A stretch of 60,622 bases of DNA, filler included, from Circinaria calcarea (GCA_051942165.1; 3 parts of 3 records of this genome joined end to end with filler, not necessarily neighbours in it); one strand, 5' to 3'. Positions 40,602 to 52,341 are shown, counted from the first letter of the whole stretch. Made by a program: numbers and translations. The notes: generated by a model from the sequence alone, not told the origin.

Positions 40602-41205
40602 TTCTCCGCCTTTTTATCTTCCAGCTCGTAGACCTGAGCATGTAGTATTAGTGTAATAGCTTTGCGATAAACTGACGGCCTCCGGTTTCCTGCTACCTCA
40701 AGCGCCACTTCTGATCAGTCGATTTGGTTCAGTATTGATTCTGATGCTCTAGTGAGCTCCGCCGACGAAATATTCAGATATAAAGATTGAGAAGAAGAGG
40801 GCGGACTGTCGCCATAAAGACGTTTAGGAATTGGGCCACAATTATTCTGCTTTGGTAGTGTTATTGCGCGTTTCATCTTTGCTGTCTCGTCTGGGCCGGT
40901 GCTTGCCTCAAGTACATCAAGCGGCCGCTTATTCCCTTTATCAAGTATAGGGTAAGGAGTGAGTGGGAGATCCATTATATAATGATTGTTTCGCTGATAA
41001 ATAAATCGTGGTTGCGGGAGTCGTAATAGAGTATGGTAAGAAACTTTCCTTTTCCATTCAGGGCTGGGCTGCTCCATCTTCACCGTTTATCAGTCTCTGT
41101 CTCTCGTGTAAAATGGATGTGCTTGTTGTTTATGATTACTGTAGACGCGACTGAATAAAACTCATAGTTCTTACTGCATCTCTATGCTCTTGCTACCCGT
41201 CAAAC

Positions 41206-41290
41206 ATGGCTCCCCTTCCTTCCCAAATATGGCTCCCCTTCCTACCCAGATATGGCTCCCCGTTCCATCCAAAAGTGGCCCCCTCTTCCG
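41206..41290. repeat. ~23-bp tandem repeat x4 (ATGGCTCCCCTTCC core)
   Basis: Two near-identical and two degenerate copies in intergenic DNA. Confidence 0.75.
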
Positions 41291-41722
41291 ACGCCGGGAG
41301 TGCCAGCAACTCTTCTAACTCGCTTCTGACAGCTTGCTATTGCTGCACCTCACAAGTTCATTTCTGACTCCCCTTACTCCACTTCTTGCTTTCCACCGCT
41401 TCGATCCTGCTGACCTCAGTCCCTGTTTACCGTAGATCATTGTTGCCTTCGGCTGTATCCCGGCTATCCCGGCTATCCCGGCCCTCGCTGATACAGATAA
41501 TCAACTGCTAGTTATCCGCCAGAACAATAGAAGTAATGTGTAACTTACAAGCCACAAGCAGAGATTGATAAGGTATTATAGTGGTTGTGAATGTCTTCGA
41601 TGGGAGTTCTAAAGCGAAGCGACGTAGCTAGTACCGCAAGGCTAAGCGAGAAAGAAGCTCCCGGGTACGTAAGATTTATCAACTTCGATGAATACAGTGT
41701 TAGAGCTACACTAAATCTAACT

Positions 41723-44240
41723 CTAAAATATTATACAAGAGTTTGGTGTAATTGTCACCTTTCTCTTAATATCTAAAGCTGCATGCTCGTTACTGACTCT
41801 GATACTGTTATCATACCTTCTGACGCGAAGTATCTCATCATCACTAATTCCCAGACAGTCCTTTGGAATCCAAACGGTAGGCTTTTGAACAGAAAGAGCC
41901 TCATGCTGGTATGTTGGTGAAATGAGTTCGTCAGTCTCGCTCGGTATAGGTTTCTTAATATTGGAGAACAGGGTAGTAAAAGAGCCTTGATCTGCGAAGG
42001 AAACTACTTTCCAGTCATAACATTTTTGCAACAGGGTCCGGAAACATTCATCTGCTTTCGTTACACCGCACTCATGTTTCTTTTCTTGTGCTTTCTTTTC
42101 TGGTTCTGCTATGTCCGCAAACATGGGCACAAATCGAAGTTGCGGTGCAAATGCGTCGTTTAAAAGAAGCTGAAAGCTCACCGTTATAACCATCGCAACA
42201 ATCATAATAACAGCCTGACCAATGCATGTAGCTCTGTTGTGGTCATCACGGACCAAGAAGAATAAGCCCGTCACGCATAGCTCCATAACATAAACCCCAG
42301 TAAAAAGTTGGTTTAGGGCCGTTGGATATAGCATACCACCGCTGTCATGTCCAGAATCTGTAACGTAGAGTATGTTGTAGCGAAATACGATCCAGAATAC
42401 GCCAAATACTATAGAGCTAAAAAGTAGGATCAGTGGAGCTATCACCGAATATATAATACCTGACACAATGTAAGAAGAGGAGATCAACCGGAATAGAGTA
42501 TACAACTTACTAATGCAAGCAAGGTTAGTGTAGATCGGGAATACAGTGCCCCACTGCAGCTGAGGTAGACTTATCTGTCTTTTCCTTTTCTGCCATGGTG
42601 TACGATCCATGAAAGGAGCAAAAACAATTCAGCTAATTAGATCTCTTACTTGGATAAGCGCACCCGCACTTATCGAGAAGCCTTGAAATAGTATGTAAGA
42701 GAAGAAATAGTTGCTTGCTTTTGGTAGACTTCTGGCTAGCACCGCTGGTACTAAATCTAGGCCATGAACGAGCTTCTGAAGAATGGTCGTGGCGCTTGAA
42801 GACAAAGATACTGTAAGGAAAACCTGTACAAATAAAAACGTGAAATAGTAATTTTGTAAAGATTGCTCAATCGCTGTTTTGGTTGGTAGATCTTGACAGT
42901 TTGCAATTATACGAAAGAAAATTGGAAGTAACATAGTGAGTGCAGTAAGAATCACCTGCGGTAAAACATCTTGAATACAACCAAGTAGCCAACCCGGAAG
43001 CTGGTTGATCCAGCCTAGCCATGGCAGTAACCCTGTAAGGTAGGAGATTTGTGATAGTAGTCCGGAAAATGCAACTGGGAGAGCTCATGCAATAATAAGT
43101 AACGCAACAGCGACAGTGGCTAGTATAGTTCGAGCGTAGCGATCCCACCAGACAATTGATAGACTCTCCCACCTTACGTTTTTTGGGGGGGCTCCAACGT
43201 ATTGAGCTCTTAAGCGTAAAGGTGCATGATGGACAACAGATTGACAGGCCATATGGGCAGCCGCTTGAGTGTTGAACTGTACGGAGGCTGGGTTTTTAAA
43301 GGGGTATACCTTAGATTCATGCGGGTCTTGATCGGCGTTATCGTTCAACCGTGCTAACTCTTGCTGGTCCTGATCAATCTCGTTATTCAGTCGTACCATC
43401 TCTTGCCAACAATGATCGATGGTGTCAACTCTTCCCAAAAAGGGAACAGAAGACATCCAGGTTGGGCCCAAGATTGGGAGACGCATATAGTCACGATTCT
43501 TGTCACCCAAAAAAAGTCTCCAGAGAGGTGATGTAAGCCCTGTATTTGTGTCACACGACGTATTCTCCTTGACTCTCTTGAACTTATGATTGCTTTGGTT
43601 GTGAAAAGAATTGATTGCCATAATCATAAGCTTTGTCTCTGCTGCCTCCAAGATAGAAACCACTCGCCTCCGCTGTTGAATCTTTTTTGATAGATTAGTA
43701 ACGTCTCGGTTGATCCATATGGTACGTATTCCGCCAGGGAAAGTGTTGTAAAGACTGGTAAGAACGACAGTGGATAGGAGTCCCTGAGGTATATCCGTTA
43801 TAAGGATGGTGTTTGCAGAGACTTGAAGACGATGCTGAGACGACGTAAAGTACGCTTGCCGCACCCGGGTATACTCAAGTAGCTCCGCGTAGATAGTACG
43901 GCATATAAATACCACCACGCTCATGGCCATCACCAGGTGAGCCCAGTAGAACTTGGTGTGTGTCAGCCCCACGTTTGCCCAGCTTAGTCGATCGAGACCT
44001 TGAATTCCGCCCGCAGGGTTCTTCCCATCCATAAGATTCAAAGGAACTAGAATAGGAATTAGGATCAAACTTGAAGAAACAAATATCTTTAGAAGGGTGC
44101 GAAGATATCGAAGAAAGAAATAAGCGTCAAGATCAGAATTCCGAATGGTGACCGAATCCGATGTTTGAATCACCAGCGGGATCCAAGAGATTACCCCCAA
44201 AGGAAGTATTTTAGCGCGTTGTCCCTCAGGTACAATTTAC
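41723..44240 (-). pseudogene. CSC1/OSCA/TMEM63 (DUF221) channel pseudogene
   Basis: Motifs LDAYFFLRYLRTLLKIF, FYWAHLVMA, YFTFLFVQVFL, LPKASNYFFSY and GGMLYPTALNQLFTGVY. In-frame TGA at 43085-43087 and 42629-42631; no intact N-terminal TM exon recognisable; one intron near 42460-42510. Confidence 0.8.
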
Positions 44241-44632
44241 GGCGGATGTATATGCCATTGGTGACATGATATCTAATAGCGTTAACATACTGAGTTAATG
44301 GTAGGCTGTACCGTATATATAGGTGGGAGGAACATTTACTGACTACAACCTTAATATGCCGATCGATTTTGGCAGTCCCAACCTCCAAACCCGGCTCCTG
44401 TGGCGTGGTAGATGGCCGCTCACATGGACGCGCCATAAAGATGCATTGGGAGACGATGGAGGGTGCACAAAAAAGATAAATCTTGTAGGATAGCAGAGAC
44501 TGAGACGGATAAGAGCCTGTAACCTAGTTATTGTCGGGCGCTCTATGAAAGCCAAAGGGCATGCATTGGGCCGATATCATCATGGAGGCCGTGCCAGAAG
44601 AACACCCACCGGCTTCGGCTGGGCCGACAAAC

Positions 44633-44669
44633 TTAGTCAGCAAGAGCACGCCGTGTTCTTGCTGACTAA
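44633..44669. repeat. 37-bp near-perfect palindrome
   Basis: TTAGTCAGCAAGAGCACG-C-CGTGTTCTTGCTGACTAA: 18-nt arms with one mismatch. Confidence 0.85.
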
Positions 44670-45208
44670 TTGTTGATAATTATTTTTAAATCAGAGCGGT
44701 GTCTTTAGGCTAGGGTCCTAACGCTAAGCATGATGTCTCTGTTTTCCCAGAGATTGAAACGGTACCCGTGGACAATAATAGAGATGTAAACCCAGCATTA
44801 CTTGCTATCACTATTTCTTCTTTCCGTGAGCACTCAGGTCTTTCAACTGCCTAGACGGCTATTGCTGTAGATACTTGTTCACGTGAAGCAACCACACGCA
44901 CCCCGATTTGATCATGCCCGAGAACCAGCGACGACTGAATTATTGGTGGAAAGAGGTTCAGTTCATGTCCTCGATATCTGACACATCCTCGTTAAATTCG
45001 ACGTCTCCTTCTTATTGAACCATTTGCCCTCGCAACCTATTATTTGGACTTACCAAGGTTGGGATGAGGGTGTTTTGGAGATGAGTGCGGGTGAAAGGAG
45101 TATTTTGTCACATTTCATTCGTTGTATTTAAGTAGAATAAAACTACCTGCAGCAGAAGTAATGACGCAAGCTGAAATGAGCAAGCAGCGTGTCACAAAGC
45201 CATAAAGA

Positions 45209-47358
45209 CTAGGTGATTCTTTGCTTCAGCATGCTCATGAGTTTCTTATTTTGCCGTATGAGTTGATCTATCCTAGCATTCGACGAGGCGGCTTGCTTCT
45301 TCATTTCCTGCTTCTGCCTCTCAATCTCCTGCTGCTGCCCATCGTGTTCTCTTTGAAGCTCTGATTCGGTTGCGCTGGCATTCGAGGGGGTTTGCTGTTT
45401 CAGCAAATGCATGAACTGCTCGTCTCGTTGAGCCATCTGTTCTCTCAGCCGATCTATTTCCTGCTGCAGCATGGATTCGTTTCCAGAGCTGGCATTTAAT
45501 GGAGTTAGTTGTTTCAGCGATTCCATGAGTTGCTGATCTCGTTGAGCGAGTTGCTGATCTCGTTGGGCGAGCTGTTCCCTTAACATGGCAGTCGCTGTGA
45601 GTCTCGGTTTCTTCATGCGTTCCGTGTCCTGAGATGCAGGAGCGCTTGTCGCCATTTCCTGTGAATCAGGTAGCTCTGATTCGTTTTCGGCGCTGGCAAC
45701 TGATGTGAACGAATCGCCAAGTGAGACCCCAAAATCTAGATCTGGCGGTATATCGTCGATAGCCGAGCAGATTCTTTTGAGGTGAGTTGGCATCCATACA
45801 TCGTAGACGTTTTTAGTGAATTTATACGCTGTCCATTTCTCTTTCCCTTCTAAGGCGGTAAAATAAAATTCATGGATGGGATGACGATAGTAGGTGGTCT
45901 TATCTCCATCAATCACAGGGTAATGACCATAGATTCTTACAGCTTGATCGTCGTGCGAGATCGAGAAAGCGAGGATTTCTAGGTGGATTTCTTTCTCGCG
46001 TTTCACATGCCTGTAGAGTTGGACGACAGCTCTTACAGCAATAGTCATACTATGAGCATTCTGTCGATCTGCGACATCAAGTGCTGCAGCACCACACTTC
46101 ACCTCGCATGTCAGGAACGGAAAGTACATCCGCCACGTGCCCATGAAGTAGGAAGTATGAAGATCTTCGATCTCTCCAACCAAAGGCTTCAACTTTTCGA
46201 GTTGTTCATCCGTGAATGCAGATCGCGCGAATCCCACAGAATGGTCGGGCTGTGGACGGCTATAAACGACGGGTATAGCGCTGTTCCAGCCTTCATTAAC
46301 ACTCTCGGTCAAACAATCGAGACCTTTGGCACCATAGATTTGTAGGACCAGCGGAGACGGACATATCAAGGGAGAAATGTGCCGTACAACTATAGCCTCA
46401 TTTCTACTCCGTACACTGTCGCAAGTCTCATCAAACAAATCATCGCGAAATAATGTTTCTTGAGGAACTGTTTGTTCCGTAATAAGTAAGGATCGACAAA
46501 GAGTCTTGCTTATATCAGTGATTTTTAAAGGGGTTCGGCCCATATAGCTGCCTTTGGTCGCAAGTACAGTCTCATAGGCTGCAGTCATATATTTAGAACT
46601 TTTGGCTTCCCGCGGCTGTTGATCGCTAGGTGTTGCAAGGCTAGATTCCGAGTCTTTACGCCGAAGAGAAGATGACGACTTCTTTCTCGCAAGTATGTCG
46701 GCCATATTGATCTCTTGTTTGATAAGAAAGTCCTTGAGACAATTGTATCGCTCCAAATCTTCCCTGGTCTGGCTGTCTTGTTCAGAGTATTCCTTGGGCC
46801 AGCTCCCTTCTCGAATCCAATGTTTGATTGGTTGAGTCTTTTTGTTGATATCACCTTTCGCTTCCTGTTTTGATGTATCCTCGACAGCAGGATTTGCAAG
46901 TAAGGTTCGTGGTCGTTTTTGACAAGGTCCGTTTCCAGTTCGAGGGAGCGGATCTTCAGCTTCCTGAGATCTCTTTCGCTTTCGATCAGAGTTTGGAGGG
47001 TTCTCTAAAGCTGAAGGATCTTGCAAGATCTTTGATTCGAGTCAGCCTTCGCAACACAGTATAGTGGATGACCGCTAGGACATACTTCTTCACCGAAGGA
47101 GTTGGTCGTTGAAGGAGAGGGAAATAGAGGCTTTCGCTCCGGAGTCTTGCGCTGTATTTCTTGTAAACGTGTGCTCTTGCGAACAGGCTTGAGTAACTGT
47201 TTGCGCTGAATACCACGAGGCTGCTTCCCTATAGATGGTCAGCAAAAGGTAGGGTGGGCGTTTAACGTGAATGTGTTACCTTTATTGGCAAGTGATTTCA
47301 GCACCGAAGATTGCCGCCCATTTCTTTGGGCGTTTGACTTGGTCTGATCTCGAGGCAT
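45209..47358 (-). CDS. PD-(D/E)xK nuclease-like protein (DUF7924-type) with C-terminal coiled-coil repeats, 3 exons
   Basis: Spliced start MPRDQTKSNAQRNG..KQPRGIQ..PVRKSTRLQ joins ORF 45209-47026 in frame. Core motifs NEGWNS, RPQPDHSVGF, FPFLTCEVKCG, ADRQNAHS and FSISHD..VRIYGHY. Confidence 0.75.
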
Positions 47359-47600
47359 GTCGATTGGAAAGAGGGGAAAGAAGATGCTTCTATATTGTTA
47401 GAATGAGATGGGGGTGCTTGCAGGAGGAGCGGTAAAGTCGATCACTAGCATGGAAGGTATGACTCATGAAGAACAAAGGTGAGGAAGCCTTGCCTCAGCG
47501 CCACCTCCGCAAGCTCCGGAGGCTTCAGACTTCATATTAGCTCCGCAAACCCCTTTTTTCCGATCCGATATTATGTCAGCTTTTTTTATATGAAGTCTGA

Positions 47601-49163
47601 GTACTCCGTAGCCTCAGAATTCTCAGACTGTTTTTGCTTCGCTGTCGCGTATTTTTGAATTACTTGCATGCTGCATTGGAGAAATTCTGGTGTGTTGTTG
47701 CTCCTAAGGATCAAGAAAAATACGAAAATCTTATTCGTGTTCTCTGCGATAAGAACGAGGAAGGCTGCAGCCAATTCGTTCGTCATGAGTCAATCTTTAT
47801 ATACACTAATTTATTGGAAAAGCATCAGATCAGCTTTACACTCGGTCGGCAAATACCCTATGAGCTAATGTTCATTTTCGAGGGGCGTACCATCAAGGCT
47901 ATAATAACGGACCAAATCTTACTGAAGCAGTCAATTATTTAACCGGGCCACTGGAGATGGTCATAATTACGAGTTTTGTCTACCCATACCTCTTGAGGGT
48001 CTACGCCCTGCTTTAAGCCCTTCATCTGCTTCAAACATGCCATCTCGCAAGCGTCCGCGCAGGTTGACTTGCGACAGCGCTATATCAAAGAGAACAAGAT
48101 TCAGCTTGCATAATCCCAAACCTCCAACACTCACAAATACTAGTCAGTCAGCGAAACCTTCTGTACCGCCAAACCGTCGGGAAAACGGCCATTGTACAGG
48201 TAGACATTAAGAATTCTGGAATTCAGGTCACATTATGAGGAAATTACAATGGAGAGTAGCACCTCGGGCGTGGATTTTGGGAGAATCATTTGGAACAGAA
48301 TTTATGTTGTTGATTCTGTGGCAATACATTCGCGCCTACGAGACAACGGCTACTGGGCCCAAACCATTGACCAGCCGCACGTTGTCCCACGACCTTGCTT
48401 CTTTATGGAGGTCCGCCAACGTCGAAAAGCAATATCTGAGTTCTTTAGAGAATCGTCTACAGCGAGAAAAGTACTCGAGGCGATCCTTCAAGGAGCTTGA
48501 GGACATAGGGAAACAGGATATTCGATGTAATATAACCAGAGTTTCGCTAGCAGCATTGAAAATGGTGAAGGAAAAACCAGGAATACGTGGCAAGCTTGGA
48601 GACCCGACTAGAAAATATGAGTTGGGTGCCGTTCAGGTAGCTGCACGCACCGCCAAAATTTGGACAGAAGTTATCACTATCTTCAAGCCAGACCTGGGAG
48701 ATCATGCCATTGTCGCTATTCATGGGACGTAAGAGCCGACCAGTCGGTACGTACCAAGGCCTGTTGTTAAAGTAAGTGCGTTACTTTCGTTACTAAGAAT
48801 TCTTTCTTCAGAATTGAAAGGTTGTCGCAGCATGACCGCAAGGCCTTTCTTGATACCATAAGAATACGCAAGGTCAAATTATTGAAGTACTTGCAGCCCA
48901 CGACTGATCTATTCTCCGCTCTAGTTCACGGTGAATTGTCAAGGAAATCTACTCTATTAGGATCATACAACTTCCTCGACGCCATTATTCTTCGCAGAAT
49001 CCGTGAGCGGTACACGATTCAGGAGTTAGTCTGCCTTAAAATAGAGAGCTCGACCCATATAAATTTTGAGAAAACGCTTTCCTCAGGGATGATAGGATCA
49101 GACTACCCTATATTTTCTCAGATCAACACTCCCCCAGAAACGCCCATAACCGCCATGGATTAG
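47601..49163 (+). other. Possible multi-exon or decayed hypothetical gene
   Basis: Three protein-like ORF pieces (47634-47942, 48235-48732, 48822-49163) with some splice-like boundaries; no recognisable domain and no clear start codon. Confidence 0.35.
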
Positions 49164-49266
49164 GAAGCATTAATAGTATGCTAAAGCACTGGTTGACATT
49201 AAAAGCATCCATCCAAGATCTCTTTGCGCCAGTACAGCCGCCGGACCGCCTCAACGGCTTTTGATT

Positions 49267-50130
49267 TTAAGGTTGCTTGGGTAGTTGCCGCGACGGTGCT
49301 TCGCACGACGTGCCGATACAACAAGAAACCAAGTTGCTTCCGAGGTTGCTCACATTCGCGCCGTCGTCCTTGGGATAGGTATAGGCAGCCCCCGCACAAG
49401 CTGCAAAGAAAGGTGGAGCGGGCCCCTCGGGGAGATTCTGAGCGGAATTTAGGCAGACCGGGCCGTCAACTTGGGTAGTGCATATGATGCCTTGTTGCAT
49501 GAAAAGATCAATGTTGCAACCGGAGACTGCTGTTCCCCCTGAAGAACAAGTTATAGGCACAGAATAACCATCGACATAACTAACATCGATATCGGGCGGA
49601 CCTGTATAGCTACCCTCAATCTTACTGCCGTTAGGATTGAGGTTAGGACCAACGTTTATTCTTCCTGCCCATCCAGTTGGAAAGTTATACTGAGTAGATG
49701 CGGCGTTGGTCAGTGCAGTGGGTTCTGGGTTGCCTACTGCAGACGGCCCACCAGCGTTTGCACCAAAGAAAAGAGATAGTTGGGTTCCGTACACATTAGT
49801 GATTGCCATTGTCATGTCGCTGCCCGAGCTATTGACTGTAGTTGTAGTAATAATTCCCGTGCCATTAGTGCTTGCGATTGTCATATTGCTACCAGAGCTA
49901 CTGGTTGCTATAGTTTTAGTAATGGTTCTTATGGCTGTGGTTATGGTAATAGTTCTTGTGGCGGTTATGGCTGGGATGGTACTTGAGAATGGGATGGATA
50001 TGGTGGATGGGGCAACTGGTTCCCCAGATAATGTATAATCTTTATACTCCCAAAACTCAAAATGCCACATGGCAATTATTGGAGCCACCAGGGCGAGGAG
50101 TGAAAGATTAGTCTGATAAAAAGTTCTCAT
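49267..50130 (-). CDS. Secreted thaumatin-like protein with Thr/Ser-rich linker
   Basis: ATG 50130 gives a signal-peptide-like MRTFYQTNLSLLALVAPIIA. Thr-rich linker, then GWAGRI, DVSYVDGYSVPITC, CAGAAYTYPKDD and a Cys-rich end. Confidence 0.8.
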   Translation of the reverse strand: MRTFYQTNLSLLALVAPIIAMWHFEFWEYKDYTLSGEPVAPSTISIPFSSTIPAITATRTITITTAIRTITKTIATSSSGSNMTIASTNGTGIITTTTVNSSGSDMTMAITNVYGTQLSLFFGANAGGPSAVGNPEPTALTNAASTQYNFPTGWAGRINVGPNLNPNGSKIEGSYTGPPDIDVSYVDGYSVPITCSSGGTAVSGCNIDLFMQQGIICTTQVDGPVCLNSAQNLPEGPAPPFFAACAGAAYTYPKDDGANVSNLGSNLVSCCIGTSCEAPSRQLPKQP

Positions 50131-51015
50131 TTTGACGGCAAGGTGTCCAAAGTAAATAGAATTTGCAAAAGAGTCAACCCCTTGAAGATAAATTAATGAC
50201 TTAAGGTAACGACACAACAGTATAGAAACTGAAAGTTTTTGCTCCAGAGAAATTTGAACGGGTCCTGCAATCTCTTTTGTACGCAATTCTGGTACGCTAC
50301 CGTCGATTGTGGAGGCCAGAAATAATAATTTTGGATGCTTCTTAAGACATCCATTAATAAGGCCCCTGATGCCACCTTTCTGCTTCTTTATTTTCTGCTT
50401 CACCTCACCCAATGTCTTGCCCCCCAGTCAACCGTACCAATCGATAGAGAATCGGGGGTATGGGCAAACGTGACATAAAACGTTTGATATAGATGTAATC
50501 CACACATACACTGAAGACTTAACAGCCCGGCTTAAGAATAACTAGGCAAATACAGATCTTGACGCTATAGAAGTTGGTAAACTTCGGTTGCATATGGACG
50601 CTTCCTATAAATAGGAAAGTAACTTATGAATGCAAAATTGTAATATTGTCACGAAATGGACTGGTCAATTATAATGTGTGTAAAGCTTGTTGTTTTTCTA
50701 TGTATGCAATGCGCTAAGCATATTGTCAAACCCCTTGAGGTTTGGTGTTGCAGGTGTTGCAGCTCGGCTGCATGTTACGCCGCTCCGCGCGCACATTCCC
50801 ATAGATAGATTCTTCCTGATGTGCTACACACAGCAGACACACACACATAGTTGCTCAGTAGTAGAAGACCTACTCCCAGCCATTCTACATGCACTCATAG
50901 TGATACAGTAGCTTGATACATATGCAAAGCCGCGTCGCGCGGCTTTGGCAATAGGCGCGAATAGAGCCAAGCCACGGATATACCGTGACAAATATTCTAA
51001 GCTATGACACTTCAT

Positions 51016-51692
51016 CTAGTCAAACAATTCTCTATCCCTGCTATCTGCTTGATAGCCGTTCATCCACCCATTACCATAATTCTTCCATTCTGGCGCGGTC
51101 ATGCTTTTGTCCCCAAGCTTCGCACCACTTGAAGAGGGAGGCGTTTTCACCTCCCACGGCCGGTTTGTTTGTGCCATGAGTGCTTTCAATGTCGTCCTTA
51201 TTCCTTTGAAATATGGATGCAAGTCGGCGAGATGTTGGTTCAGTCGGTTCATACCCTGATTCAACTGATCGATTTGTCTTTTTCCTTATTAGTATTTATC
51301 TACTACGCTGTCTTTACATGGTGTACCTTGAATTGACTTCCAACCTATGGTCATGTTAACTGCAATATCTCAAAGAGAATGCGTTGCACGTACAATGCTT
51401 TTAGTTCCTTATACGCTGACGGATTCCAGTTGAAATTGATATCTGGTATATTGTCTGTCAGCGTTTCTGATGAGTGATGAGTTGTATCCTGATAGGCCCA
51501 GCCTAATCCTGGATTCGAATTGCTCTGTTCGCTGTAGAAATTGGGTATAATGGGGTAATCTATATTTGTGAACGAGTTTACGGATGTGTTGATTTCTTCC
51601 GGTGTGAAGATATTTTGCGGTTCTTTTTCATATTCGTTGATGAACTGATCCCATTGATCCTCGGAAAAAGGCTTTTCTTGGATGGAATTCAT
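51016..51692 (-). CDS. Small hypothetical protein with short coiled coil, 3 exons
   Basis: MNSIQEKPFSEDQWDQFINEYE..ELKAL, an 18-nt micro-exon (LEVNSR), then QIDQLNQGMNRLNQHLADL..; both GT..AG introns keep the frame. Confidence 0.55.
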
Positions 51693-51946
51693 TTTAAGAA
51701 GCAGGTAAAATGGTGATGAAATGACTTCCAAGAACTTGATGCTCTTTAATATCTTTTCCTACACATCCACTTTTGATGGACGTGGCTATCTAAAATAGAC
51801 GTTGCTATCCAAAAAGGCTCTCATTGGCTGTAAAGTTTCCAGCCGCGCGGCCCTTCGATCTGCGCCTCGCATCCCTTAGAATCCCACTGTTGGTCCGGTC
51901 CCCTATTTTCCCGTGCTTACTTCGCTTTGACCCCCAAATCCATTGA

Positions 51947-52175
51947 TCCTACGCGGCATGGATGCTTACGCACCGCAGCTCCCTACGCATATTGCTTCCC
52001 CACGCACCATCAATCCCTACGCAGGAGCCGATCCCTACGTATTTACCAACCCTACGCACCATTAATTCCTACGTAGGAGCCGATCCCTACGCATTTACCA
52101 ACCCTACGCACCATTAATCCCTACGTACCATCAATCCCTACGCGTTTACCAACCCTACGCGCTATCAACCCTACT
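51947..52175. repeat. Array of 14 CCCTACG(C/T)-core repeats, ~17-bp period
   Basis: Cores at ~51947, 51964, 51981, 51998, 52015, 52033, 52050, 52067, 52085, 52102, 52119, 52136, 52153 and 52169; includes a 52-bp higher-order duplication. Confidence 0.92.
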
Positions 52176-52341
52176 AATCATGTCGCACGACTTTGAAGAT
52201 AGAAACCAAGCTCTATAAATGCAACGTCTGTTTGAACATTGCATGTCCATCAACCACATACTTCAGTCGGTATCTACAGATTGCTCTTCAAATTTCTCGC
52301 AATTACTGGCTGTCTCGTCCTCTAACTACGTTATAGCAATC

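Noticed and set aside
40577..41083. Intact minus-strand gene ending in poly-Glu
   Set aside because: An in-frame stop at 40715 and no confident splice path; it runs into the gap, so it cannot be supported as a CDS.
41723..44240. UGA=Trp (mitochondrial-code) gene or NUMT explaining the CSC1 stops
   Set aside because: CSC1 is a nuclear family, the copy has a spliceosomal intron, and it uses TGG for its other tryptophans.
47601..49163. Starship captain (DUF3435 tyrosine recombinase)
   Set aside because: No recognisable tyrosine-recombinase or DUF3435 motifs here or anywhere else in the window.
50131..50412. 94-aa N-terminal extension of the thaumatin ORF
   Set aside because: Begins at a TTG, and the signal-peptide-like sequence starts at ATG 50130.
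51947..52175. CRISPR array
   Set aside because: Core is only 7-8 nt, the linkers are ~9-10 nt and themselves repeat, there are no cas genes, and the context is eukaryotic.
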